A DNA stretch of 63,994 nucleotides, filler included, from Basidioascus undulatus (lineage: Eukaryota): the NCBI GenBank assembly GCA_000826855.1. It is 4 parts of 4 records of this genome, joined end to end, with 100 filler letters (N's around TTAATTAATTAA, not from the genome) between each part and the next. Parts side by side here need not be neighbours in the genome. Positions count along the whole stretch, not along the records: positions 1 to 16,076 come from JTLS01000607.1; positions 16,177 to 32,248 come from JTLS01000608.1; 2 more parts are not named here. The stretch is one strand, 5' to 3'. How positions within the stretch are numbered: position 1 is the stretch's first letter; every line of letters begins with the position of its first letter. The position numbers and the translations under genes were made by a program. The notes beneath the pieces are model-generated. The model was not told the origin of the DNA and ran no database searches. It was given only the letters and a program-made list of their open reading frames with translations. Shown here in pieces: positions 13,350-24,999 of this stretch.

Positions 13350-14895
13350 GATGCCGGGATAGATTTCAGGTGGTAAAAAGATTTGTACTCCTGAAAGATG
13401 TGGGGAGACGGCGGTGGTGGATACTGCGCAGAGTGCGATGGGTTCGAGATTGATTGTTGGGAGAGGGACGAAGGCAAGATGGGCCTGGTGCTGGCGCGGG
13501 AGGAACACGCCGCCTTCGCGCGCCTGCGAGGACTCGCATGTGAAAGCGCCTCGCCATGGGGGTTTTGACACTCTGCCAGTGTTTCCCTACGAGTCTTGGG
13601 TGAAGTTGTCTCTTTTTGCGCATAATATTCTAAGTAAAATGTTCCTTCTCACTCTGTGAAGCGTGGGTTCATGAGTGGGTGGGCAGTCAACGTCCAACGT
13701 CCAGACGTTAAGCGGCCCGGAGGGAGGGCCCCCAGCGTTGGCGGGCCGGCCACCCGAGATTACCAGGTATACTGTGCTGCTCAGCATAGCGGTATAGTTT
13801 ACAGCACACGGTGCACGTTATGCAGAAGCAAGTCCGATAAAGGCCACGTACACGCCTGTAAAACGCAGTGCAGCATCGCAGCCGCGTCCGGCGCGGACCG
13901 ACAAACCCTTGTGAAGCAAATTACTTCCCAAAGCAAAGAACAGAATGGGTAAAAGGTTTTTCACAGTCACTGACAACATCAGATTGGCCCAGCTGGCCCA
14001 CGCTGTACTGTGGAAGACGTCAAAGTCGACGTGGAAGATTAAGGGAAGATAGCAGTCTTCAGGCCCCTTGCCGGGTTTCCAGGACTTTGGAGTGGGTTTG
14101 TAATACTTACTAGACAAGTGCTTCATATGGAAGCGGGAGTCCCGCGCTTGCCTCTGCGTCCAGACGACTGGGGAATGGTCCTGTCGAGCAACAGACTTAT
14201 CAAACAATTCCGTCCAGATCTTGGCGGAAGGACACTCTAGGAGTAGAGATATTTATGCAGTACTTTTTTAAATCGAGTGGGCATCTCATTGAAACGAGAT
14301 TCTCGCCAGCGGGCGCCTTTACATGGGCAGATGCCCTTCACAAAAACCCGTGACGGCCGGTCCGCACGGGAGAGACGTAGGCCATGCGAAAGGAAAGGCT
14401 GAATTTCCTGCGTAAATAGGTATGGTTGCGTTTCCATCAAGTGACGAAATAAAGCTTTGCTAATCGAAAGGTGGTCGGCGAGTGTAACACAGTTGCTTCG
14501 CTTAACGACGCCCGGAGGGAGAACGAGGAGCGAGAGGAAGACTGGACCCGAGATTGGGGTGAGGGGATTCGAGCTGGTGAGGTGTATTGCTACAGAAAAT
14601 AGCGTGAAGCCTAAATGTTTAACTTCCATCCATGGACATATTGGCGGAAGAGTTCATCCGTGAGATTGAAGAGTGTGTCCACAAGACCCCCCATTTGTAA
14701 ATAACGGAAAGAATGAATGGACCAGGGCAGCTCACCCAAAGCTTGGTTCTGACCAGAGTTGCGGCAGCGAACTTTGCAGTGGGGGGCATCAGCATGACCG
14801 CTTCTGTCTGGTTCCGGTCCACTTCGACGATTTTCAGTCTACCTTTTCTGTTAAGCGAGAAGGTCCTCTTTCTCTTGAACTTCTCCCCTAGCATC

Positions 14896-15627
14896 ATGAC
14901 GGACGACGCATATAAAGGCCAGTGCCTCTGCGGCGGGACGACCGTGGCCTTGCCTGCTCAGCCGACCGAGTCGGTGCTTTGCAACTGGTGCGCTTTTCTT
15001 TGGAGAGATCGGCCCTCATCCCAGGGTAAACACAAATGTCACGTCCCTGTTTGTTCAGCTACAACTGCAGACGTACGAACGGTGGCTGTACGTGCTATAG
15101 AATTTTCTAAAAAGCATGGGAAGAGGCGGGCGGGGTGCACGTCTACTGTGCTCGTTTCTGATGAATGGGGACTGTGCCCGTCAGTGCCCTCCTGGGTGTA
15201 CGTGGTGCCCAAAGAGACGTTGAACATTCAAAACACCGGTGGAGACCTCCAGAAGTTCCAGGACAAGGCGACGAAGAGCGGCCACGCTGTGGAGGTGCGT
15301 TTATCGTCGTCAAAGATTTCAGTATTTTTGCTCCCCCTGGAATCGGTCTATGGACTGATGTAAAACAATGATCAGCGTATCCGCTGCCAAGTCTGTGGGA
15401 GGTGCGCTTGCCTTTTCTGTGTATTGGCGGGTTTCTCCTTACCCTTGCTTGTCCACAGCCCCATCGCGAACTTCCCGACCTCACCCGAGAAGGCCGGGAA
15501 GGGCATCGTACCCACCGGTCTGTTCGACTTTGAGAGCGTCCCAAAACCGAACCTGGAGATCTTTGTCGAGTGTCGGCCGAAGTGGATGAAGCCTGTGGAT
15601 GGTGCTGGGCAGGTGCAGTCCGAGTAG
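14896..15627 (+). CDS. GFA / Mss4-like (CENP-V) zinc-binding protein
   Basis: YKGQCLCG...LCNC|YNCRRTNG...ATKSGHAVE|RIRCQVCG|SPI...PNLEIFVECRPKW, giving the CxCG, CxCxxC and CxxCG(S)P pattern of GFA domains. Canonical introns. Confidence 0.9.
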
Positions 15628-16076
15628 GGTTGATACGTGATGGGAGGACTCGGCGGACATGAAGCGGAGGTGATGCATGAGTTGAGACTTGTCCTGATTT
15701 ACTCTGAAAGCAGGTGCAGGGTACAGAGAAGTAGGCAGTTGCGGGCACGGAACATGCGTCTGCTCTGAAGTTTCATGCCAATCCACGCTGTCATGCCTTG
15801 TGCCTCGAGTGGGTGAACATCCCCACAGTCTGGAATATACCAATTTGGAGACAGAAAGGGTTCTCCCTGATGGCCATATGAAGATCTGACCCTGTGCGAC
15901 CTTCTAGGTATATCTCAACGTTCTGGAAACGCAACGTTCCGTACGGCCTGGAAACTCAGCCCACAAGCTCCAGGATGACATGTGCTACAGTCTGGGACGC
16001 CCGATCAACAGTCGCTGCTCCTCACCAATAAACGCTGCGGCTGCACCGCGGTCGTCAGATGCCCCCCGCCCCCCCC

Positions 16077-16176
16077 NNNNNNNNNNNNNNNNNNNNNNNN
16101 NNNNNNNNNNNNNNNNNNNNTTAATTAATTAANNNNNNNNNNNNNNNNNNNNNNNNNNNNNNNNNNNNNNNNNNNN
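16077..16176. other. Artificial contig linker N44-TTAATTAATTAA-N44
   Basis: Exactly 100 nt with a six-frame stop linker in the middle. Confidence 0.99.
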
Positions 16177-16290
16177 CGCTCAGCTACCCCCCTGCTGCCC
16201 GCCCTGCCCCTGCTGCCCCTGGGGTCCCTGCCCCTGCGCAGCGTCCCCTCCGCCCTGCGCCCCCCAATTCCCATTCATCGCGCTGTCCAT
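16177..16290 (-). CDS. Possible 5' end of a gene with a Gly/Gln-rich N-terminus, cut by the contig end
   Basis: MDSAMNGNWGAQGGGDAAQGQGPQGQQGQGGQQG follows a pyrimidine-rich leader. Too short to identify. Confidence 0.35.
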
Positions 16291-17017
16291 CCCGCCCTCA
16301 ATCAGCGGCTGTCCATCCAAATTGGAAAACAAGTGCGGCGGGGTTCGGAAGGACAAAGGAAGGAGGTGGAGGGAGAGGGGAAGTATACATAGCCGGTCTT
16401 TTGCTCTTCGCGAACGAAGCAAAGCGATGTTGAAAGCGCATTCTGATCGATTACTCTGCCGAATCGGGTTGGAATCAACTCCTCGCTTCAAGCTCGGAGG
16501 CGAGCGCGGAGACCTAGTGCGTGCAGCTCACATTTCGCGCAGCGGTGCGCTTTCCAGCCTGTTCTCGTCCAGCAGAACAAGAACAACTGAGCTGTTAATA
16601 TCATATTTCAAATTTTGTCAGCGCTCATCATCCCACTTTGCAGAGGGCAGTCGGCTCCACTCGCCCAATGCGTCCAGCGGGTGCAGCACCTCCCCTGCGC
16701 GCTGCACGCAGCCACCTGTGCAGTCTCACCTCGCTGCGCCTTCGCCATACCCGTTCAATCAATAACTACACCGGTATCCATCTCTTGCAGTAGTCCTCCC
16801 CCCCCTCCAGTCGTTACCTCGCAGTCGTTGGGCGGCAGGCGCCGCACTCGGCTCAAGCTCTTCCCCGCCTTTCGTTCCGGTTCCAGCCATCTTGCCAAGG
16901 CGTGCGCTCTCGCTGAGAGTACAAGTATCTGGGTATTCGGACTTCTTCTTGTCTATCCCCACGCCTTTCAGCCCCATCGTGATCTATCTCCCTTCTTCAC
17001 CGACCGCGCCACCGCCA

Positions 17018-18892
17018 ATGCACCCCACCCCCATCCTCCTAGTCCTCACCGCCTTCGGCAGCCTCACCACTGCGCACCCTTCTCGTCACGCCCGGGCGAA
17101 CGGGGGCAACGCAGGAGGCAGAGGCGGTAGCGGTCCGCAGCCCAAGCCGAGCGGCGGGTTTTGCGACTCGGTCGCTGTCCGGCGCGACTGGAAGGACTTC
17201 TCGCGCGACGAGAAGCGGGCATTCGTCCAGGCCGTACAGTGCCTCATGCAGGCGCCGACGATGCAGCTCAATCCCAACTGGGCGACGGCAAGTCTGTACG
17301 AGGACTTTACCCAGGTGCATAATGAGCCGGGCCAGGTGCGTTCTTTCTTTAAGAGGTTGGATATATGGGAGAGCCGATGACTGACGCGCGGACGCTGTGA
17401 AGGATATCCACCACGTTGCGCCGTTCGCTCCTTGGCATCGCTGGTAAGCTCCTCTGTTGAGCATAACTCCGAGTTGTCTCAAGACTCACACTGTTTGCAA
17501 ACGCATTCAGGTTCATCTGGCTCTTCCTCCAACGCCTCAAGTCGGACTGCGGGTACACCGGCGAGCTGCCCTGTGGGTGTACCCTTCTATTTCTTTACGA
17601 CCAAGGACACAAGGATCCGATCTCTGACCAGGACGAATGCGTTCTTATCTTCTTCCCTCAGACTGGTCGTGGGATCAAGACTGGCGAGATCTGTCCCAGA
17701 GCTACATCTGGGATTCCGATCCCGAGGTCGGCTTTGGCACGTTCGGGTCGTACCAGGTCAACAACGCTCTGAGTGCGTCGATGCGTCCATCTCGCTATGT
17801 GGGCTTCAAAGAAAATTCACTGACGGCGGATTTTCGTTGGCATAGATGGCTCGGCTATTACCGACGGAGCGTTTGGGAACCGACAGATCACCTACCCGTA
17901 CGTGCTTTGATCTGCTCTTCGAAGTTAAGTTTTGCTAATATGAATCTATTGCCCTGGATGCAGGTTCCCCCATCCTTTCCAGCGCGACCTTCGTTCAGCG
18001 CTGCACCCGAGCATCCCCCCAGAGTAAGTCTTCAACCGTGGCTATTATGCAGCGTCTGAAACTCACCTGCTCCTCACCTCATCAGCAACGGTCTCTACTT
18101 TCAGTACAGGTAGTGAGTCCCAATTATCACCTGTTTTCTCACCCTTCCAAACTCTAACAGAGGCTCTCATGCTAGCAACGAAACTCGCATGTCCCAGATT
18201 CTCGCGCTGGACAACTACTTCGACTTCCGTAACGACTTGGAGGGTGAAGCCCCGGCGGAGTGGGGCGGCATCATGGGACCTCGTAGGTTGTTTACATTAT
18301 CCTATTGACCCCCATCTTTCTAACCCTTTCTGTTTTTAGACGACGCCATTCACCTTGCCACCGGTGGAGACCTGTCTTCCGGTGTGCGCGGCAGTGAGTC
18401 TTTCGAAGTACCGCCTATCACCTTCCCATAGCTGTCCTGGAGACTAATCACACTACTTTCATAGACATTTCATCTCCCAACGACCCCCTCTTCTACCTCC
18501 GTATGACAGATTTCCCCATCTCACTCTTCCTCATGCTTGCTCAAGCCCTTTGTATCGCCCCAGACCACGCCAACGTCGACCGCTTCTGGAAGATATGGCA
18601 GAGCCAAGGATCGAACAGGCTTTTCGACTACTCAGGCAACACCATGCTCCAGGACCCGATCGCCGCACGCATCGGCACCGCCTCGCTCGACGACCCGCTC
18701 TTCTTCCCCGGGCTCATGGACGGCGTGACCGTCCGCGACGCGATGGACACGACCGCGTATCCGCTGTGTTATACTTACGGTTCGTTGGACGTTGGAAAAG
18801 GGAACAATCGGGGTGGTAACCCTCAGAAAGGGACGAAGAAAGGCAGGTCGAGGGGGACGCGCAGCGGGTGGCGTGTGGGAGTGGAGGCGTAG
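17018..18892 (+). CDS. Secreted tyrosinase / catechol-oxidase-like type-3 di-copper protein
   Basis: Signal peptide MHPTPILLVLTAFGSLTTA; VRRDW..FS..EK.AF..AV.CL; CuA ligands VH..IHH..PFAPWHR; LP|YWSW; CuB ligands GP|HDAIH and SPNDPLFYLH|HANVDRFWKIWQ; CYTY motif. All six His present after splicing. Confidence 0.92.
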
Positions 18893-20665
18893 AAGGTGGA
18901 CGGCGGTTGTGTAGAGCTTGTGCACTGTGTGTTCCCTCGTGGACTTGCAGAATACTCCATTCCTTATATGTCTCCATTTTCCTAAGCCATTCGGAATAGT
19001 GCATTGCATCCTTCTTGTTTATACACGTTTAGACTCTTCAAACGATTGTGGCGTCTCTGCAGACCTCACCGAGAACAACGCCAGTTTTCAAAAGTGTTCA
19101 TTCAAACTATTAGACATTCATGGGACCTTTAGAGTGATCGGGAACTTGGGCGCGAGCTGGCGGCAGCAATGCGCGGCCAGCCCAATAGTATCGCACGATT
19201 GATTCAGACAGGGGAGACTCGTGGACTTTATTAGCAGTCTCCCCTTAGCTTCACGGGAGGGCAGACGTATTCAAGTCCCGTGTACATGTACCTCCCATCC
19301 ACCCTCCGGCTTCCCAGTTTTCTCACGCCTTTTCTAAAACCACCTCGCCCTTCTCCGCGTCCGCGCCTTTCTGCGTGAGGTAGCTCATGGTATGCACCAC
19401 GTCCGCCACCATGCCTGAAGGGACTATTTACCCAAGGCATATAGACCACAATGAGAGTGGCACCCTGCCAAGGGCTAGCATGACACCCTCGGGCCCAAGG
19501 GAGACGCTGGAGGGCGCAGTGACGATCGGCGCGAGGGCGGCGACAATACAGATTGCCGTGGTCGTTGCATAGATCAGGAGAGGGATGTGGCCTTCGCCAG
19601 CTTGCGCATCACCCCGTCTCCGGAGAAACTCCCAAAACTATCCTCTGGATTCGGGGTGCTGCTATCCGCATCCTCCGCTTCTTCCATCCCCCCTCAAGAT
19701 CTGCGGGGGCGCTCGAGAAGCACTCGTACCCGAGTACTGGGAACATGGCCGGATCGTATGTCCCGTAGGCTTTATGGGAGCATGTATTTTGTTCACATAA
19801 AGGTCAGAACTGGTTTGAAAGAAGAACTGCGTCTTTTGACCTACACGGTCTCCAGGGGATTTCGTGGGGCGGGGTGTGGTGTAATGGGAGTAGCGGATAC
19901 GTTGCATCGTCCGTTTGGCTGAGTTGAGCAGTATATGGAAACGTAAAATGGCTGAACCGAAGGCAGCCGACGGGAAGTGCTTAACACACCTTTCGAGCAG
20001 GATGCAGAGATCGATGACTGTCCGCAGCCATTTGACGGTTTCTGTGTGGACGAGGTTGGAGGCCGCCAAGCCCGGTATGTTTCTTTGATTAGCGCGACAA
20101 AATATAGTTACCTAAACGGTAGACATCAACTTGAAAGTGCGTGTACTCTTCCGCACACCGTCATCATGGCGACTCATTGTACGCTCGGTACGGCCTGCAA
20201 ACATCTGGCGCCCGTCCTCCAACCTTGCCCGCAGCAGTATGGCCTATCGCGGCCAAGTTTTGCAGTGTGCTAGAATTAAGGCATGCTGACACAGCCGTGC
20301 AAATAAGGGAGACTACTGACATGAATGCTGGGGTAAGTTGTGAGGTTTGTGCGAAAATTTGAAGGCTCCAGGTCGCTCGAACTTGAGCTCGTCATGTTTT
20401 AGTACAGTCAGAGGTGGTGAATTCTGGCCCTTCCGTGTATTCATTTATTGGAACGGTCGAGGAGTTGAAGGCTTTAAAAGTTTTGCTGAATGTCCAGGCA
20501 TAAACGCACTGATGCCGGACCTCACTTCCAGCGGGCAATGTCGTCAGCAGCGAAGTCGCGACGCCGGCGCGTCGATCCCAGGTTTGCCAAGTTACCTCGA
20601 CCGCCGCGCTCGCCGTTCTCGATAGCGTTCTGCTCACCCTCGGTGGTGAAGCAGACCAGTATACC

Positions 20666-23600
20666 ATGGCACCAAGAACAGTACGAATTTTCCTCCCGGA
20701 TCGCCCATATCCTCTTGCTGAATCCAGCCTCACGCCAGCTGCGCCTTCCGTTCCACTTCCAAATCCTCCGCGACCTTGTCCCCGTCCCACCCTCACCCGA
20801 TGCTCTTCCTCCTCCCTCAGACGACGAATCCGACGACGCTCAGTCCGAGGGCCCAATAGACCGGGACCCCTCCGGCCTGCTCATCCTCGCCCGCGGACTC
20901 GGGCTCAGGCGCATCGTCTGCGCCCTGCTCAAGATCTATGACGACCCGCGGAACCTCATCCTCCTTCTCAACGCGAGAAGCGATGAGGAGGACGGGATTG
21001 GGGACCTCATGGGGACTATGGGGGTGAGGAGGCCGGGGCTGAGGGTGGTTACGTTCGAGATGGGTGCGAAACAAAGGTTCGTCCATGGTCCGCGCGCTGG
21101 CCGTAGGGTTAAGGGAGACGGAGCCCGTGATCGCAATGGAAGGGATGAAGGCTCATTAATTTATGACTATTCCAGAGAGGATCTCTACCGCCAAGGCGGC
21201 TTGATCTCGGTCACATCCCGCATCCTCGTCGTTGACATGCTGAGCAAGACGATACCGACCAACCTCATCACGGGCCTCGTCGTTCTTCACGCAGAACAGT
21301 GCGTCCAGCCTCACCATAGCGCTGACATACATCTCAGCTCACATCGTCCCTGGTCTTGGCAGAGTCACGCCCACCTCGCTCGAGGCGTTCATCGTGCGCA
21401 TCTACCGCCAGGAGAACCAGGTGCGTGTGCGAGCTGTACGTTCTGCCACGAGCGAAGACTGAAGCATGTAAACGCGCAGGAGGGGTTCTTGAAAGCCTTT
21501 TCGGATCAGCCCGAGTCCTTCACTGCGGGTCTCTTGCCGCTGCAGACCGTCATGCGGCAGCTGTCGCTGCGCAAGGTGTGGCTCTGGCCGCGGTGCGTGA
21601 TCCCTAACGCTTTCTTCAGTTTTCTTCAGTCCACTTCTGGGAACTGGAAGCTGATGGTGAATGTCTCCGCAGGTTCCACGAGAAAATCCAAAAGGATCTC
21701 GTCCAGCGCAAGGCGGACGTCGTCGAGCTGTACCAGTCGCTCACGCCCGCCATGCGCGAGATCCAGACGTGCATCGTCGAGTGCATGGAGGCGACTTTGA
21801 ATGAGGTCCGACGAGCGAATGGCGCGAATGTGGGTCTTTGCCCGGTGGAGCGCTATTGAGGGAGCGCTATGCTGATAGGTATGCGCTTCCAGATCGAGGT
21901 CGACGACTTCACGGTCGAGAACGCGCTGTTCCGCAGCTTCGACCGCGTCGTGCGGCATCAGCTCGACCCCGTCTGGCACCGCGTTGGACCGAAGACGAAG
22001 CAGCTCGTCGGCGACTTGGCCGTGCTCCGGCGTCTGCTCGGGTGCGTCACGCTTCTACCGCACCGTCAGCGTCTTGCCCCGCTCGGCTGCTTACCTTCTT
22101 GTAATCCCCCAGCTACCTCCTCACCTACGACTCCGTGACCTTCCACTCCTTCCTCGAGACTATCCTCGCCTCCAACTCCACAACCGCTTCCGGCAACGCG
22201 CGCCAAAACCAGTCGCCCTGGCTCTTTATGGACGCGGCGAACACGATCTTCAGCGTCGCGAAGCGGCGCGCGTACACGACGGGCAACGCCGTGCCGGACG
22301 ACGATCAGGCCGAGGAGGACGAGGCCGCGCGCGAGGCGGAGGAGGACGAGGCCTGGGCGCTCATGTACGAGATCGAGGGCGTGCAGCCCGCCGCCGCCCG
22401 CGCCGCGCCGCGCCGCTCGGGACGAAGGAGGGGATGGCTGCCCCCCGGCGTGGAGCCTGTGCTCGAGGAGCTGCCCAAGTGGGGGCTCCTCGCGGACGTG
22501 CTGGAGGAGATCGAGAACATGATTCATTTCCAGCCGCCTCGAGAAGGTGCGGCCTTCGGAAATTCCCATTTGATCGCATCCCCTTGGCCCAACTGACGTT
22601 TGTGACGCTACAGACGCCCCCGGCTCACAGACGGTCCTCGTCATGTGCGAGTCCGACCGGACCGTCTCGCAGCTGCGCGAGTACCTCTCTTCGCGCGCCG
22701 ACTCCTCTCCCTCTTCCTCCTCGACCGAATCGCCCGGCCGGCCCATGATGGAGCGCCTCCTCCGCGAGCACTTCTTCTGGAAGGGCGGACTCGGCACGCT
22801 CTCGCGCAACCTCAAGGCTGCCTCTTCCTCTTCCTCCTCCTCGTCGAGGCCGCAGCAGCAGATGCAGCAGTCCGCGGCGCTCAAGCGCAAGGACGAGTAC
22901 CGGCGCGGGCAGCAGCCGTCGAACAAGCGACGGAGAGTCCGCGGAGGGAGCGTCGCGGCTGCGGTTACGCCTGCGCGGAAGAAGGGCGGGGCGAGGGACG
23001 ACGAGGATGTGGGGAGGGAGGCGACGGCGCTGGAAGAGGAGGCGGGCGGGATTGCGGACTTGTGCGTCTTCCCCCCTCACGCTCATCTACGACAACGCTC
23101 ACGCCGATCCTGGCCCGCAGCATCGCCGCGACCCAGCGCGCCGGCTGGCCAGCACCACCCAGCGGTCCCCTCTCCCCAAACGGCGAGCTCGGGTCTACCT
23201 CGACCAGCGCGGACGGAGGCCTCGGCCCGCCCGCTGCCCCGCTGCCCATCTTCACCCACGACTTCTCCGAGATGGACTTCGACACGTCGTTCGGCCTCCT
23301 CGCGCCAGAGCAGACGGTCGTCATCCGCCCGTACCGCGGCGAGGACGACGACCAGGTCCTCGCCGAGCTTCGCCCGCGCTACATCGTCATGTATGATCCG
23401 GACCCGGCGTTCGTGCGGAGGATCGAGGTGCGTTCGAGTTTCCCCATGTTGGTGTCCGGTAAACGGACGACTGACAGACTGGGGCCTGCCGCGGAGGGCA
23501 GATCTACCGCTCGAGCAATCCTGGACTCGGCGTGCGGGTCTACTTCATGATGTACGGCGACTCCGTCGAGGAACAGCGGTACCTTTCGGGATTGCGGAAG

Positions 23601-24780
23601 GAGAAGGACGCGTTTGAGCGCCTTATCCGCGAGAAGGGAGTGCGTCGTCCCATTCATGCATTTCCGCTGGCGGTTCACGCTGATGCTTGTAGTACTTCAG
23701 ACGATGCTTCTGCCCCTGCTCGGCAATTCAGTCGACACGCGCGGAGATGACCAGCTACTCACCGCGCTCTCGGCGCGCATTGCCGGCGGACAGCGGCAGG
23801 GCAACAAGGCGCCTCCTCGGGTACGCTTCCCATGCACGATCCTGCTCAAGACTCTGCCGACTGAGAGCGCCGCGGTTCACATCAGGTCATCGTCGACATC
23901 CGCGAGTTCCGCTCGTCCCTACCCGGCCTGCTGCACAAAGCCAACATGGAGATCCTCCCCGCGACGCTGACGGTCGGCGACTACATCCTGGACCCCACGA
24001 TGTGCGTCGAGCGCAAGAGCATTCCGGACTTGATACAGAGTTTCAATTCGGGGAGATTGTGAGCGCTTCGGTCCGCTGTCGTCGAGCTGCTTGATTTTGT
24101 GTTGACGCGCGATTGTGGGTCCAGATACACGCAGTGCGAAATCATGTCAACGCACTACAAGACTCCTATCCTGCTCATCGAGTTCGAGGAGAACAAGTCC
24201 TTTTCGCTCGAGGTACTCTCGTTCCCAGACTCGCATTCTCCACCGGACGCTGAGCTCACCCCTCTCCCTCCAGACAATCGCCGATGCAAAGACGGGCGGC
24301 CCGAAGACTGGCGCGCCGGCTACTCCTTCTCCCAACGCGCCCGACACGGACATCCAAGCAAAGCTCGTCCTTCTCACGCTCGCCTTCCCGCGCCTACGCA
24401 TCCTTTGGTCGTCCTCGCCGCACATCACGGCCGACATGTTCGCGGACCTGAAGCTGAACAGGGACGAGCCTGACCTCGCGCGCGCCGTCTCCGTCGGCGC
24501 AGGCGATGGGGCGGAGGAGGTCTGGAACACGGCGCCGGGCGAGGTGCTCCGTGCGCTACCGGGCGTGACCGGCAAAAGCGTTGGGTGGGTGACGGGCAAG
24601 GTCGGCAGCGTGCGCGAGCTGGTCGATATGAGCGAGGAGGAGGTGAGGGAGATCGTCGGCGTCGAGCCGGGGAAGAAGCTCTACGGCTTCATCCACCGCG
24701 ATGTGAACAAGCGACCGGATGCCGCTGAGAACGGGGGCGGCGCCGCTGCGGGGACTTCTGTCGGAGGATCTGGCGCATAG
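20666..24780 (+). CDS. RAD1: DNA repair endonuclease XPF (RAD1/Rad16/ERCC4)
   Basis: [53 protein letters not shown]4 nuclease [46 protein letters not shown]-terminal HhH LRALPGV. Start codon is my best guess; ATG at 20538 is an alternative. Confidence 0.95.
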
Positions 24781-24999
24781 GTTGCCAGGATATCTATCGT
24801 TCTTGTCTTGTTGTACACTGCATGGATGTTGCATTATAACCGTCCCCGCAAAGCTTCCCTCCTTTCTGTCTCTGCCTGTAATCCGCCGATGCGCCCGCGG
24901 AATGCGAAGCAGCAGGCAACATTCAAACGAGTGTATTTAGACAAAGTATATTGCAAAATCAGACAACACGACCGAGAGTAAGCGCAACCGCATGGCCCT

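Noticed and set aside
13600..14700. Short minus-strand ORFs of 129-130 aa
   Set aside because: No codon bias or family motif; may be a remnant but cannot be supported.
14896..18892. GFA protein plus tyrosinase as a metabolic gene cluster
   Set aside because: They lie on different contigs separated by the artificial linker.
19100..20400. Short ORFs between the tyrosinase and RAD1
   Set aside because: No recognisable product or consistent splice pattern.
20490..21800. 436-aa ORF reading through several RAD1 introns
   Set aside because: The introns happen to lack stops in that frame; the conserved protein needs splicing and changes frame later.
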